From assembly GCA_964389035.1 (NCBI GenBank), contig CAYMCH010000001.1, forward strand, positions 1-52,035: 52,035 bases of DNA, written 5' to 3'. Shown here piece by piece: positions 28,327 to 39,035 of this stretch. Made by a program: the position numbers and the translations under genes. The notes below the pieces were generated by a model. It ran no database searches, was not told where the DNA came from, and saw nothing but the letters and a program-made list of their open reading frames with translations. This DNA is from an uncultured Candidatus Saccharibacteria bacterium. Its GTDB lineage: Bacteria; Patescibacteriota; UBA1384; XYA2-FULL-43-10. How positions within the stretch are numbered: the first letter of the stretch is position 1; each line of letters begins with the position of its first letter.

Positions 28327-28574
28327 TTGCCTTGATCAATTGATTTTTCTCTGGCCCATCCTGTTTTGGGAAGATGTAAATTTTTGTCCTTATTTCCCCA
28401 TTCAACTAATGCATGTTTATCGCTTATTATTACAGGGATAATAGCTTTCGGAGACCAAAAATGCACTTGGATGTTTCCCGAACTTTCAGCTTTGGTTATT
28501 TGCTCTTCAGAAAAGTATTCTTTCAATTGTTTTTTTGTAAATTTAGAAATTTTATATCCAATTCCACCACACAC
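28323..28574 (-). CDS. Hypothetical; SRAP-like N-terminal half (starts MCGG)
   Basis: An N-terminal Met-Cys-Gly, as in SOS-response-associated peptidases. ...IIPVII...VEWGN...GWAREKS loosely follows that family. Confidence 0.5.
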   Translation of the reverse strand: MCGGIGYKISKFTKKQLKEYFSEEQITKAESSGNIQVHFWSPKAIIPVIISDKHALVEWGNKDKNLHLPKTGWAREKSIDQGN

Positions 28575-28578
28575 AATA

Positions 28579-28848
28579 TTATTTTCCTTTTTGTCTAAGC
28601 CAAATATTTTTTATCCAAGGGAAAGCTAGAGTAGATATCAAGAAACCTATTGTAGGAACAATCGCATTCATCCATGGATTCGCAACTCCAATAAAATTCA
28701 TATAGATACCAAGTGGAAGATATGTGAATATAGCAATTAATAGTCGCCTAATAAAGCTTGTTTCCCACTCTTTATCAATCTCTACTTTTTTATTTCTGTC
28801 TTTAATGTTTTTTATTTCTAATTCTAGGTTTTTTATTCTTTCTTCCAT
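28579..28848 (-). CDS. Small membrane protein (N-terminal coiled coil plus 2 TM)
   Basis: 89 aa. MEERIKNLELEIKNIKDRNKK, then two hydrophobic segments. Confidence 0.6.
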   Translation of the reverse strand: MEERIKNLELEIKNIKDRNKKVEIDKEWETSFIRRLLIAIFTYLPLGIYMNFIGVANPWMNAIVPTIGFLISTLAFPWIKNIWLRQKGK

Positions 28849-28979
28849 ATTATTCCTAACGATTTCTTAATATTTTAAATTCTAATACGTTATATCTCAA
28901 AGTCATAATAATTGCTCCATCTATTAATTTTTCGAATAGTACATGGCTACTGATAAAATCAAAAAAATGATATTTTTTA

Positions 28980-29075
28980 TCACACAATTACTATTACAAA
29001 TAAACAAGCTACGAATATAATAGATGCCAATGCAACAGATTCAAATGGTATTTTTTTGTTTTTCAATTCTGACAT
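28980..29075 (-). CDS. Candidate 31-aa hydrophobic peptide
   Basis: MSELKNKKIPFESVALASIIFVACLFVIVIV with RBS GGAGAAAAATG. Below the ORF-track cutoff. Coding status is unproven. Confidence 0.3.
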   Translation of the reverse strand: MSELKNKKIPFESVALASIIFVACLFVIVIV

Positions 29076-29149
29076 TTTTCTCCTATTGCTCTTTGAAAAC
29101 AAAATATAATAATTTCATATAATGACTTATTGACCTAACAATTTACGTC

Positions 29150-29479
29150 CTATTGCTCAATACGATCAAGAGTTAAATCACTGTCGACACCACTGTCTAA
29201 CAAATCTTTACCTGTCTGCATTTTGCGTTGTTTTTTTACTAACTTATTTTTTATTCCGACTAAGTGTATATGTGCTTCCATATATTCTTTCATCTCTTTA
29301 CAATCAAAATCCTTTGATAAAATTAGATGAGATAAAATTTTTTCACATCTTTCAGTGACAAGCGAAATTATGGCAAGCTGTTCTACAAGCTCCTGCTGGT
29401 TTTGCGGTTCTTTGAACTCAGGCATTTCAAATTTTTGAGCTAAAAGCTTTTCTATACTAAAATTACCTTTGTCACCCAT
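29150..29479 (-). CDS. Hypothetical protein (109 aa, helical, acidic)
   Basis: ORF only; no recognisable motif. Confidence 0.55.
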   Translation of the reverse strand: MGDKGNFSIEKLLAQKFEMPEFKEPQNQQELVEQLAIISLVTERCEKILSHLILSKDFDCKEMKEYMEAHIHLVGIKNKLVKKQRKMQTGKDLLDSGVDSDLTLDRIEQ

Positions 29480-29495
29480 ATTTTTTCTCGATTAA

Positions 29496-31139
29496 TTACA
29501 TTCTTTCTGGAGTACTAATACCACAAATAGATAAAGATGTATTTAATACAATTTTTGTGGCTGTTATTAAGGCCAACCTAGCATTTTTCAATTTTTCTTC
29601 TTCGTCTAAAACTCGGCATTTTGAATAAAAATTATGAAATGAAGTAGCTAACGAATATGAATATTGTGCAATTAATTGCACAGCATAAGTTTTACTTGTT
29701 TCATTAATAATATCTGGAAACTGAGCAATTATTTTTATTAATTCCAGCTCACTCTCTTCTTCTAATATATTTATATTAATAGCAGTAGCATTAAATTTCC
29801 CAGCCTTGCGTAGAATTGAGCATATTCTTGCATAGGCATATTGAATATAATAAACTGGGTTTTTTTCGCTCTTGTCTTTAGCTAATTCCAGATCAAAATC
29901 TATTGGTGTATTACAATTTTGTGATAATATGTAATATTTAAATACATCAGAGCCAACACCATATTTAATAACATCGGCAAGCATAATAAAATTTCCTTCT
30001 CTTTTGCTCATTTTTATTATCTCTTCGCCATTTTTAACTCTTACGTTTTGATATAATAATATCTCTAATTTATTTGGATCAACTCCAATTGCTGTCATCG
30101 CTGACTTCATACGAGCAATATGACCATGATGATTCGAGCCCCAAATATCAATCATTTTTATAGCACCTTGATCAATTTTATACTTATGACAAGCAATATC
30201 ATCTGCAAAATATGTATATGTGTTACTTCCATCGCTTTTTTGCAACACATCTTCATTATCACAATTGTCAAGATTATCCGCGTTTTTGAACCACAGTGCT
30301 CCTTCTCGATTAACTGTCGCTCCTCGAGTATTTAATGCATCAATAATCTCTTTAGTCTTACCACTGTTCTCTAATTCACTTTGATAAATAAATTCATCAT
30401 ATTCTATGCCTAATAATTGAACTTCATTTTTTATTAGTTCAACCATTGCCTTTACTCCCTTATCTTTAAAGAAAACGATGTAGTCATCCTTGTCATGTAT
30501 TCGATCCAGCTCCTTTTTATATTTCTTCTTAAGAACTTTTACTGTTTCTTTTATATATAAACCGGGATACCCTCCTTCAGGAAAAGTCGCCTCCAATCCA
30601 TTACTTATTTCATAATAATAGTAAAAAGATTCAGCCAATTTATCAATTTGCCCACCTATATCATTTACATAAAATGATTTATGTACTTTATAACCGTTAA
30701 ATTTCAATAAGTTAGCAATGCACTCACCTATAGGACCCCCTCTGGCGTTACCAATATGTACAGGACCCGTTGGATTTGCTGATATGTACTCCACATTGAC
30801 CATCTTTCCATCCCCCTCAAGCGTTGATCCGTATTGCTCCTTTTTATTTAATACAACATTAACTATTTCGCAATAGTATGATTTTTTTAATAATATATTA
30901 ACAAAACCGGGGCCTGCTATATCGATCTTTTGGATTATATCTTTATTTATTTTTGACTTTAATTTTTCTGCACATTTTCTAGGATCGTTATCAGTATGTT
31001 TGGCAATTAATAATGCAATGTTTGAAGCATAATCACCCATTTCTTTTTTAGGTGAGATTGAGACATCAAAACCAACAGGGACATCATATCCGGCTTCTTT
31101 TACTGCTTTTATTAGTATTTCTTTTAACTCTGTTATCAT
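29496..31139 (-). CDS. argS: Arginine--tRNA ligase
   Basis: Class I motifs SANPTGPVHIGNARGG (HIGH) and KMSKREGN (KMSK). 547 aa. Confidence 0.93.
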   Translation of the reverse strand: MITELKEILIKAVKEAGYDVPVGFDVSISPKKEMGDYASNIALLIAKHTDNDPRKCAEKLKSKINKDIIQKIDIAGPGFVNILLKKSYYCEIVNVVLNKKEQYGSTLEGDGKMVNVEYISANPTGPVHIGNARGGPIGECIANLLKFNGYKVHKSFYVNDIGGQIDKLAESFYYYYEISNGLEATFPEGGYPGLYIKETVKVLKKKYKKELDRIHDKDDYIVFFKDKGVKAMVELIKNEVQLLGIEYDEFIYQSELENSGKTKEIIDALNTRGATVNREGALWFKNADNLDNCDNEDVLQKSDGSNTYTYFADDIACHKYKIDQGAIKMIDIWGSNHHGHIARMKSAMTAIGVDPNKLEILLYQNVRVKNGEEIIKMSKREGNFIMLADVIKYGVGSDVFKYYILSQNCNTPIDFDLELAKDKSEKNPVYYIQYAYARICSILRKAGKFNATAININILEEESELELIKIIAQFPDIINETSKTYAVQLIAQYSYSLATSFHNFYSKCRVLDEEEKLKNARLALITATKIVLNTSLSICGISTPERM

Positions 31140-32305
31140 TTAATCTTCCAGAAATGTCTTTTACCTACTTGAATTACCATACCCTTATAAACAGTAATTG
31201 TTGCTTTGTCATCAATAATTTTCAAGCCATCAATCTTTACTGCTCCTTGTTCGATTAATCTCCTAATCTCTGAGTTTGACCTTTCTAAACCGATATTATT
31301 AAGAAGTAATACTATATCATAACTACCAATTAAATGAACTTCTTTTATATCATCTGGCAATTTTCCTTTTTGAAACTGATTAATAAAATTATTTTTAGCT
31401 TGATTCGCTATCTCTTCGCCATCATATAATTTCACTATTTCGTAAGCTAATCTTTCTTTATAATCTCTAGGATTTTTTCCTTTTTCCATCTCATATTGAT
31501 ACTTATCAAGAATTATATCGGATACATCTGTACATAATTGAAAATATTTGATAATCATATTGTCGGTGATAGACATAATTTTACCAAATTTATCATCTGG
31601 ATTATCGTTTACACCAACATAATTACCCAGTGATTTAGACATCTTATTTTTACCATCAAGCCCAATTAATAATTCTGTCAATATTATATCTTGAGGGACC
31701 TGACCCGATTTTTTCTGCAATTCTCTCCCAGCTAAAATATTGAATCTTTGATCCGTACCTCCTATCTCAATATCAGCTTCGAGCATTACCGAATCATAAG
31801 CTTGCATCATAGGATATAGTAATTCATGCATAGAAATCTCATTCCCGGATTTTAATCTTTTTTCAAAATCGTCTCTCTCTATAATTTGAGCAACAGAAAA
31901 ATGAGATCCCAATCTTATTAAATCCTGTATATTTAATTTTTTAAACCATTCTGAATTTTTTCTAATCTCAACTTTATTTATATCCAAAACCTTATTTACT
32001 TGGTCAAGATATGTTTGGGCATTCTCATTTATTTGCTCTTCTGTTAATACAGGTCTTGTTTTGTTTTTTCCTGAAGGATCTCCCACCATCGCAGTATAAT
32101 CACCAATTAAAAAAATTACAGTATGACCAGAATCTTGAAATTTTTTTAATTGTCTCAAGGCAACACAATGACCAAGATGAATATCAGGACTCGATGGATC
32201 TACGCCTAATTTGATTCTCAATTTTTTTCCAGATTCCAGCCTTTTTTTAAGACCTTTTTCTGATATTAAATCAACCACACCTCTAGTAAAAATTTTTTTA
32301 AACAT
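31136..32305 (-). CDS. tyrS: Tyrosine--tRNA ligase
   Basis: PDIHLGH (HIGH), GDYTAMVGDPSGK, KMSKSLGN, and a C-terminal S4-like domain (SNSEIRRLIEQGAVKIDG). Confidence 0.93.
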   Translation of the reverse strand: MFKKIFTRGVVDLISEKGLKKRLESGKKLRIKLGVDPSSPDIHLGHCVALRQLKKFQDSGHTVIFLIGDYTAMVGDPSGKNKTRPVLTEEQINENAQTYLDQVNKVLDINKVEIRKNSEWFKKLNIQDLIRLGSHFSVAQIIERDDFEKRLKSGNEISMHELLYPMMQAYDSVMLEADIEIGGTDQRFNILAGRELQKKSGQVPQDIILTELLIGLDGKNKMSKSLGNYVGVNDNPDDKFGKIMSITDNMIIKYFQLCTDVSDIILDKYQYEMEKGKNPRDYKERLAYEIVKLYDGEEIANQAKNNFINQFQKGKLPDDIKEVHLIGSYDIVLLLNNIGLERSNSEIRRLIEQGAVKIDGLKIIDDKATITVYKGMVIQVGKRHFWKIK

Positions 32306-32324
32306 AGCACCTCGTGATTAGCTG

Positions 32325-32353
32325 TTGACACATAAATTTGCTAGAGATAAAAT
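32325..32353 (+). promoter_or_regulatory. Putative sigma70-type promoter for the PBP gene
   Basis: TTGACA (32325-32330), 17 nt, TAAAAT (32348-32353). This lies ~70 nt upstream of the ATG at 32421. Confidence 0.45.
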
Positions 32354-32420
32354 CTAGCAGTTTATTAGTTTACATAATACCAATCTACCTCTATAATGTA
32401 AAGGAAGGAGAAGCAGTAAT

Positions 32421-35243
32421 ATGAAGAAAAAAAGAAGCTTACTAGATAGATTTAAAAATCCTCTAAAAGTCCGTAAACTATTAGTTCCGCAAAAAACTTC
32501 AAAAAAAATTTGGCACAGAATAAGAAAGTATTTTCATTATGCATTAATTATTGTTGTTTTTATTGTTGCCTTTTCTTTCGCCTGGTTTTCAAAAGATTTG
32601 CCAACCCCAGACAAAATTGCTAAAAGAAGTGCAACTCAATCCACCAAAATTTATGATCGTACTGGTGAAATATTACTTTATGAAACTGGTGAACAAATAA
32701 GAACGATAGTCAGAAACGATCAAATTTCCGATAATTTAAAGAATGCCACTATTGCCATAGAAGATGAAAATTTTAAACATCATCACGGTTTTGATTTGCG
32801 CGGTTTAGCCGCAGCAATATGGCAAAAAATTTCTCATCGTACTACTCGAACCCGTGGGGCTTCTACTATTACTCAACAATATGTTAAAAATGCTCTTCTC
32901 GATTCCAATAGAACTCTCACAAGAAAAATCAAAGAGTTAATTTTAGCAATCGAACTTGAAGCTATGTATAGCAAAGACGAAATATTAACTATGTACTTAA
33001 ATGAAATACCTTATGGTGGCAATATTGCAGGTGCAGAAGCGGCTTCAAAAACTTATTATGGCAAACCAGCTTCAGAATTATCTATCTCTGAAGCAGCTAC
33101 TTTAGCGGCCATCCCACAATCTCCTACATATTACTATCCCTATGGAACTCATACTGAAGATCTTGTTTACAGAAAAAATTATGTTTTGAAACGAATGGTT
33201 CAGACAGGTTATATTACACAAGCACAAGCCGATGAAGCAAAAAATCAAGACTCGACAACAGTTGGTATTTCTTTGCAACAAAGAAAAAGCTCGATCCTAG
33301 CTCCTCATTTTGCTATGTATGTAATTGAGCAAGCTGCCGAAGAATTTGGAGAAGAAAAAATCCAGAAAGAAGGTTATAAAATCATAACCACTCTGGATTA
33401 TAATAATCAAAAAATTGCCGAGGATGCAATCTCTGTGGGAAGTGCAAAATTAGATAAATATAATGCCTCCAATGCTGCCTTAGTTTCTGTTGATAATAAT
33501 ACTGGAGAAATTGTAGCAATGGTGGGATCAAGAAATTATTTTGACACAAAAATTGATGGTAATGTAAACGTAGCCGATTCACTCCGACAACCAGGATCCT
33601 CTTTCAAACCATTTGCTTATGCAACTTTGTTTAAAAACAAAGAATACTCACCAAGTAAAATTCTTTGGGATCTCCAAACAGATTTTGGAGGAGGTTATAT
33701 TCCAAAAAATTACAATGGAAATTATAACGGTCCAGTTACAATAAGAACGGCATTGTCTAATTCTCTAAATATTCCTGCCGTTAAAGCATTAGGTATAGCA
33801 GGTATTGATAATGTGATTAGAACCGCAAGCGAAATGGGGATTACCACTCTTACGGATACAGATCGTTATGGATTATCACTAGTATTAGGTGCAGGCGAAG
33901 TTAAACCAGTTGAAATGGCCGGTGCTTTTAGCGTTTTTGCAACAGGAGGCATAAAGCACGATTTAAAATCAATTATGAAAGTATATGACAATAGAGGTAA
34001 ATTAGTCTACGAATACGATAAAAACAATAATAAGGGAAGACAAGTCCTTGATCCTCAGATAGCTTATGAAATATCTGATATTTTGTCAGATAACAATGCC
34101 AGATCTATGGTTTTTGGCAGAAATTCAGCATTACACTTTCCAGGAAAAACAATAGCTGCAAAAACCGGGACTACCTCATCTTTCAAAGACGCTTGGACAG
34201 TTGGATATTCCAAATCAATCGCTACTGCTGTTTGGGTCGGAAACAATGATTCATCAGCCATGAAAGGAGGAGCTGACGGTTCGGTTTTAGCAGGACCAAT
34301 ATTTCATATTTATATGGATCAAGTAGTCACTGCTAACGAGCCATTTGATCGACCAAGCAAAATACAAGAGCTAACCGTAGAGAAATATTCAAATAAATTA
34401 CCATCTGACTTATCCCAAGAAACCACGACGGATATTTTCGCTGAATGGCAATTGCCCGAAGGGCAAGATGATGTTCATGTTAGAGTAAAAGTATGTAAAT
34501 CTAATGGTCTTTTAGCTTCAGACAATGTTTCATCTGACCTAACCGAAGAACGAATTTATACAAAAATAGTCTCTGAGAAACCAGATAATCCCAATTGGGA
34601 AAATCCAGTTAGAGCTTGGGCAAATGCCAGAGGATGGAACAATTCTCCGCCACAAGATAAATGTGATGTATCCAATATTCCTACATCAATTATTATTAAT
34701 AGTCCAAGCAATGGAGTTGATGTCTCAGGTCCCTTAGTTATTAACGCAACTGTTTCTTCTTCATATTCAATTAAATCGGTATCTTTTTATATAGATGATG
34801 TCTCCATAGGAAATGATGATTCTAGTCCATATGAGATAAGCTACGATTTTGATAATCTTACTAAGGGGAATCACAAGATTACTGCTATTGCCGATGATTC
34901 AAATGGCGGCAATGTAAAAACTTCAATTGATATAAATGTCACCAAAGATAATGTTCCACCTGCGATCAGTGCCATAAATTACGAGAAAATAAATACCACC
35001 TCATATAAAATATCTTGGGTTACCGACGAACCATCTATGTCGCAAGTGATATATGACACACTTTCTAAACCATCTCAACCATATGATTACTCATTTAAAT
35101 CTTTAGTCGATTCAAATCAAGTAACCAGTCACGAAATAATTATCAGTGTACTAGAGAGCCAAAAATACTATTTTAGAGTTATATCCACTGATTTATCAAA
35201 TAATACTTCAGTATCAGAACCAGAAAACTCATTTAGCTCATAA
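32421..35243 (+). CDS. Class A penicillin-binding protein (glycosyltransferase + transpeptidase) with a C-terminal Ig/FN3-like extension
   Basis: GT51 motifs EDENFKHHHGFD, GASTITQQ and RKIKE. TP motifs SSFKP, SNS and KTGT. The ~250-aa C-terminal beta-rich tail is read as Ig/FN3-like by inference. Confidence 0.92.
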   Translation: MKKKRSLLDRFKNPLKVRKLLVPQKTSKKIWHRIRKYFHYALIIVVFIVAFSFAWFSKDLPTPDKIAKRSATQSTKIYDRTGEILLYETGEQIRTIVRNDQISDNLKNATIAIEDENFKHHHGFDLRGLAAAIWQKISHRTTRTRGASTITQQYVKNALLDSNRTLTRKIKELILAIELEAMYSKDEILTMYLNEIPYGGNIAGAEAASKTYYGKPASELSISEAATLAAIPQSPTYYYPYGTHTEDLVYRKNYVLKRMVQTGYITQAQADEAKNQDSTTVGISLQQRKSSILAPHFAMYVIEQAAEEFGEEKIQKEGYKIITTLDYNNQKIAEDAISVGSAKLDKYNASNAALVSVDNNTGEIVAMVGSRNYFDTKIDGNVNVADSLRQPGSSFKPFAYATLFKNKEYSPSKILWDLQTDFGGGYIPKNYNGNYNGPVTIRTALSNSLNIPAVKALGIAGIDNVIRTASEMGITTLTDTDRYGLSLVLGAGEVKPVEMAGAFSVFATGGIKHDLKSIMKVYDNRGKLVYEYDKNNNKGRQVLDPQIAYEISDILSDNNARSMVFGRNSALHFPGKTIAAKTGTTSSFKDAWTVGYSKSIATAVWVGNNDSSAMKGGADGSVLAGPIFHIYMDQVVTANEPFDRPSKIQELTVEKYSNKLPSDLSQETTTDIFAEWQLPEGQDDVHVRVKVCKSNGLLASDNVSSDLTEERIYTKIVSEKPDNPNWENPVRAWANARGWNNSPPQDKCDVSNIPTSIIINSPSNGVDVSGPLVINATVSSSYSIKSVSFYIDDVSIGNDDSSPYEISYDFDNLTKGNHKITAIADDSNGGNVKTSIDINVTKDNVPPAISAINYEKINTTSYKISWVTDEPSMSQVIYDTLSKPSQPYDYSFKSLVDSNQVTSHEIIISVLESQKYYFRVISTDLSNNTSVSEPENSFSS

Positions 35244-36530
35244 ATATTTATCAAGAAATTGCGAGAGATCTTTTACCTCTGCTTGAGATATTGTTTTATA
35301 GCCTAACTGCTTACTTTCTTTTGTCCTATTCTGCTCACCGCTTACCCTGCGAATTTCTCCCATTAGACCTACCTCTCCGAATATACAAGAATTAATTTCA
35401 TATGGTTTATTTTTATAAGACGACATAATAGCAGCAGATATTGCTAGATCGGCTGCTGGTTCTTTAATTTTAAGTCCACCAACAATATTTAGATATATAT
35501 CATAATTTGCAAGATTCATTCCAGTTGACTTTTGAATAACTGCGGATAAAATATTTAATCTATTTAAATCATAACCTGATGCTGTCCTTTTAGGATATCC
35601 AAATTTAGTAATAATTGTCAAAGCCTGAATTTCAATAAATAATATTCTTCTCCCCTCCATTATCGGACAAATTACGCTACCAGCTTTATTTTCTCTTTGC
35701 GATAAATAAAATTCTGTTGGATTTGCCATCTCTTTCAATCCGTCATTGTTCATAGTAAATATTCCAATTTCGTTAGTAGGACCAAATCTATTTTTAATAC
35801 CTCTAATAATTCTTTCCTCATGATGTTTTTCTCCCTCGAAATACAATACAACATCAACTAAATGCTCAATAATCTTGGGACCAGCGATAGTCCCCTCTTT
35901 AGTCACATGGCCAATTATTAGAACGCTTATGTCATTTTTCTTGGCCAATCTTTGCAAAAATAAACCGGATTCCTTGACTTGGCTTATACTTCCAGCACTT
36001 GAATCTAAATTTGACATATATACCGTCTGAATCGAATCAATAATTAAAAGATCAGGTTTTTGTTTAATTATCTCTTTCTCAAGTAATAATAAATCTCCAT
36101 TAGAAACGAGATTAAAATCATTATTACCAATTTTCAACCTATTTACACGATTTTTAATTTGAGATAATGATTCTTCGGCCGAAATATAGAAAGTATTATT
36201 TAAAGTCTTACAAAGTTGCGTAGTAATTGTAGATTTTCCTATGCCAGGTTCTCCTCCAAGCAATATTACACTACCTCTTATCAAACCTCCTCCTAATACT
36301 CTATCCAGTTCCAACATTCCTGTTTTAATCCGAATGTTTTCATCGTTTTTTATTTCGCTAATTTTTTTAATTTCCAAATCATTATTATAATGATTATTAT
36401 TAGATTCATGAGCTACTGTTATTTCTTTTAAAGTATTCCAATTTCCACAATTATTACATTTACCTGACCATGTAATTTGCTCTTCTCCACAGTAATCACA
36501 AATATAGATTTTTTTACTATTTTTACTCAT
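35238..36530 (-). CDS. radA: DNA repair protein RadA/Sms
   Basis: N-terminal CDYCGEEQITWSGKCNNCGNWN zinc finger, Walker A GGEPGIGKST, KNRFG motif and a Lon-like C-terminal domain. Confidence 0.93.
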   Translation of the reverse strand: MSKNSKKIYICDYCGEEQITWSGKCNNCGNWNTLKEITVAHESNNNHYNNDLEIKKISEIKNDENIRIKTGMLELDRVLGGGLIRGSVILLGGEPGIGKSTITTQLCKTLNNTFYISAEESLSQIKNRVNRLKIGNNDFNLVSNGDLLLLEKEIIKQKPDLLIIDSIQTVYMSNLDSSAGSISQVKESGLFLQRLAKKNDISVLIIGHVTKEGTIAGPKIIEHLVDVVLYFEGEKHHEERIIRGIKNRFGPTNEIGIFTMNNDGLKEMANPTEFYLSQRENKAGSVICPIMEGRRILFIEIQALTIITKFGYPKRTASGYDLNRLNILSAVIQKSTGMNLANYDIYLNIVGGLKIKEPAADLAISAAIMSSYKNKPYEINSCIFGEVGLMGEIRRVSGEQNRTKESKQLGYKTISQAEVKDLSQFLDKYL

Positions 36531-36537
36531 AAGTATG

Positions 36538-38199
36538 TTATCTTACAAATTCAATATCAATAATATGTAATTGTAAACTTTTTTGACCATTCCAAATATT
36601 ATTTTCTAAATAATATATTATATTTATTTTTTTTGCAGATTTAAATTCTATTTCTTTGTAAGGACAGTTAAAATATATCGATTTTATCTTTACATCTTTT
36701 TCAATCAATACTGCAGATAAATGTTCTTTATCATTACCAATGAATGAAAATTTTTCCACTAAAATATTAGTTGATAGAAAAATAGGTTTTTTATTTCCTA
36801 ATCCAAAAGGTTCCATCAGTAATAATTTATCATACAATGTATAATTTAGTTGGGAAAATTTAATTTCTAAATCTATATTGTATTTTTTTTTCAAATTCTC
36901 ATTAGAAATACTTTTTGTAGCTATTTTTAAAATACTACTAACAAATTTATGATAATTTTCTAATTTTAATTTTAAACCTGCCGCTCCTTTATGACCACCA
37001 TATTTTTCTAAATACCTAGATGATTTAGTTAATAAATCAATAATATTAATATTATTGATGCTTCTCGCGCTTCCTGTGAATACATCGCCTTCTTGCGAAA
37101 AAACTATTACCGGTCTAGAATACTTTTCTACCAACTTAGAAGCACATGGACCGATTATTCCCTTTTGCCAATCTCCAGAAATAATAATGATATTATCATT
37201 TGCAAGATTGTCTTGATCAATAATATGTGAGGCTTCTTTTATTAAAACATTCATCATCTCTTGTCTTATAATATTTTCTTCTTCTAATCGTTTTGCTTTA
37301 CAACTGGCTTCATTTTCACTTTCAGTTGTTAATAAATAATAAGAATCAATAGGTTTAGAAATTCTTCCTGGGGCATTGATTTTAGGTGCAATAATAAATC
37401 CAACTTCGTAAGTGGTAATAGTTTCTTTTTTTATTTTTGATATCTCTATTAATTTATTGATTCCTATATTTTTTGTTTTATTTACAACTTTTAAACCAAA
37501 TTTCGCTATTACTCGGTTATCATGTACCAATGGTACCACATCAGAAATTGTAGAAATTGCAATTAAATCTAAATTCCATTTTAAAAATTTTTCATCAATA
37601 TCTTTAAATTCTTTGCTAATTTCTACTGCCAATTTATAAACTACTCCCGCTCCAGATAGTTCTTTGAAAATTTCTTTTGATTCCGAAATTTTTGGATTTA
37701 TTACTGCATAAGCGTCAGGTATGGTGTCCCCAGGTTCATGATGATCGGTAATAATTATATCCAAACCAAGTGATTTGGCATAATCCACTTCAATGATATT
37801 TCTGATACCGAGATCAACAGTGATTATAACCGTACAGCATTTTTTAGCCAAATAATCTATCCCGTCTTTATTCAATCCGTAACCTTCTTCTCTAGTAGGT
37901 ATATATGTTTCTGAATCTATTTTTAGGAGTTTAAGCACCTTATGTAAAAAAGCTGCCCCAGGAATTCCATCTGCATCATAATCAGCAAATATGCCAATTT
38001 TTTCCTTATTCTGTTTGGCTTTTTTTATTCTCTCAAGAAATTTATCGCTTCCATCTAAAGATTTCTGATTAACTAAGTCATTATAGAAATCTGGATACAA
38101 ATAACTCTCTTTTTCCTTTTCACTTACACCTCTATTTATTAGAAGTTGGTCAAACACATTATTACTTTTTCGCTCAAATAAAACCCAATTCTTTTTCAT
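36538..38199 (-). CDS. recJ: Single-stranded-DNA-specific exonuclease RecJ
   Basis: DHH family motifs: DYDADGI, VDLG, ITDHHEP, and DHHA1 GGHKGAAG. Confidence 0.9.
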   Translation of the reverse strand: MKKNWVLFERKSNNVFDQLLINRGVSEKEKESYLYPDFYNDLVNQKSLDGSDKFLERIKKAKQNKEKIGIFADYDADGIPGAAFLHKVLKLLKIDSETYIPTREEGYGLNKDGIDYLAKKCCTVIITVDLGIRNIIEVDYAKSLGLDIIITDHHEPGDTIPDAYAVINPKISESKEIFKELSGAGVVYKLAVEISKEFKDIDEKFLKWNLDLIAISTISDVVPLVHDNRVIAKFGLKVVNKTKNIGINKLIEISKIKKETITTYEVGFIIAPKINAPGRISKPIDSYYLLTTESENEASCKAKRLEEENIIRQEMMNVLIKEASHIIDQDNLANDNIIIISGDWQKGIIGPCASKLVEKYSRPVIVFSQEGDVFTGSARSINNINIIDLLTKSSRYLEKYGGHKGAAGLKLKLENYHKFVSSILKIATKSISNENLKKKYNIDLEIKFSQLNYTLYDKLLLMEPFGLGNKKPIFLSTNILVEKFSFIGNDKEHLSAVLIEKDVKIKSIYFNCPYKEIEFKSAKKINIIYYLENNIWNGQKSLQLHIIDIEFVR

Positions 38200-39035
38200 T
38201 ATTTATAATAAGCCCAACCATTTACTCTTACATCAATATATTCGGTTACAGCTTCCTTTTTTTGCATTAATACTAGTTTTAAATTTTTTATCTGTTGTTG
38301 GGGAGACCTTAAAGTATCAAACTTAATATAATATCCATTTTTTGTTCTAAGATTCAAATCCACCGTTGTTTCTTCAACAAAAAACGTGTCAGGTTCAATA
38401 TTAACTTCGTTTTTAATATTATCTTTTATATAAGTTACAAAATATATATATTTTTGTGTTGTAATCTTGCTCGGAATAGATAATGATATATTTTTATTAT
38501 CATAAATGATCGGCAAATTACTATAGACTGAAATATCATTTATTTCTTTGTATGCTTTTCCTAAATCATTGATCAAATATTTTTTATCATTCGTCACCCA
38601 CAACATTGTAGGTTTATTTTCTTCTACAATTATTTTCAACGCACTAGGAATCCCTTTGTATATTCTCACATTGTTTATTTCTGGAATATTACTCAATATA
38701 TTGTTTTCAATATCATCTGTCTTTTCAAATAAAATATTGTTTCCCAAATAAGAGTATCTTGTAATATCTTCTGTTTTTATATTATTATTTCCTGATACAA
38801 TAATTTCTTTAATAGAAAATATTTTAGAATAAAAGGTTAAATAAATTAGTGCTATTGTAAGGATTAGTATTTTTATACTATTAAAAATTATTTTGTAATT
38901 AATATTTGTGTTTGCAGAAACAATAGATTTAGAATTATAAAATAAGGCAGGATTTTTTCTGCGATATTTATTGCTTTTTTTACCAGTTACCCAAATACTC
39001 AATTTCCTCCTCAAGCATAATGTCATAATTGTCAT
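38199..39035 (-). CDS. ftsQ: FtsQ/DivIB-like cell division protein (TM + POTRA)
   Basis: TM ILILTIALIYLTF, followed by the POTRA-like IKEIIVSGNNNIKTEDI. The track start overlaps murB by 56 nt, so the true start is probably later (e.g. TTG at 39002). Confidence 0.6.
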   Translation of the reverse strand: MTIMTLCLRRKLSIWVTGKKSNKYRRKNPALFYNSKSIVSANTNINYKIIFNSIKILILTIALIYLTFYSKIFSIKEIIVSGNNNIKTEDITRYSYLGNNILFEKTDDIENNILSNIPEINNVRIYKGIPSALKIIVEENKPTMLWVTNDKKYLINDLGKAYKEINDISVYSNLPIIYDNKNISLSIPSKITTQKYIYFVTYIKDNIKNEVNIEPDTFFVEETTVDLNLRTKNGYYIKFDTLRSPQQQIKNLKLVLMQKKEAVTEYIDVRVNGWAYYK

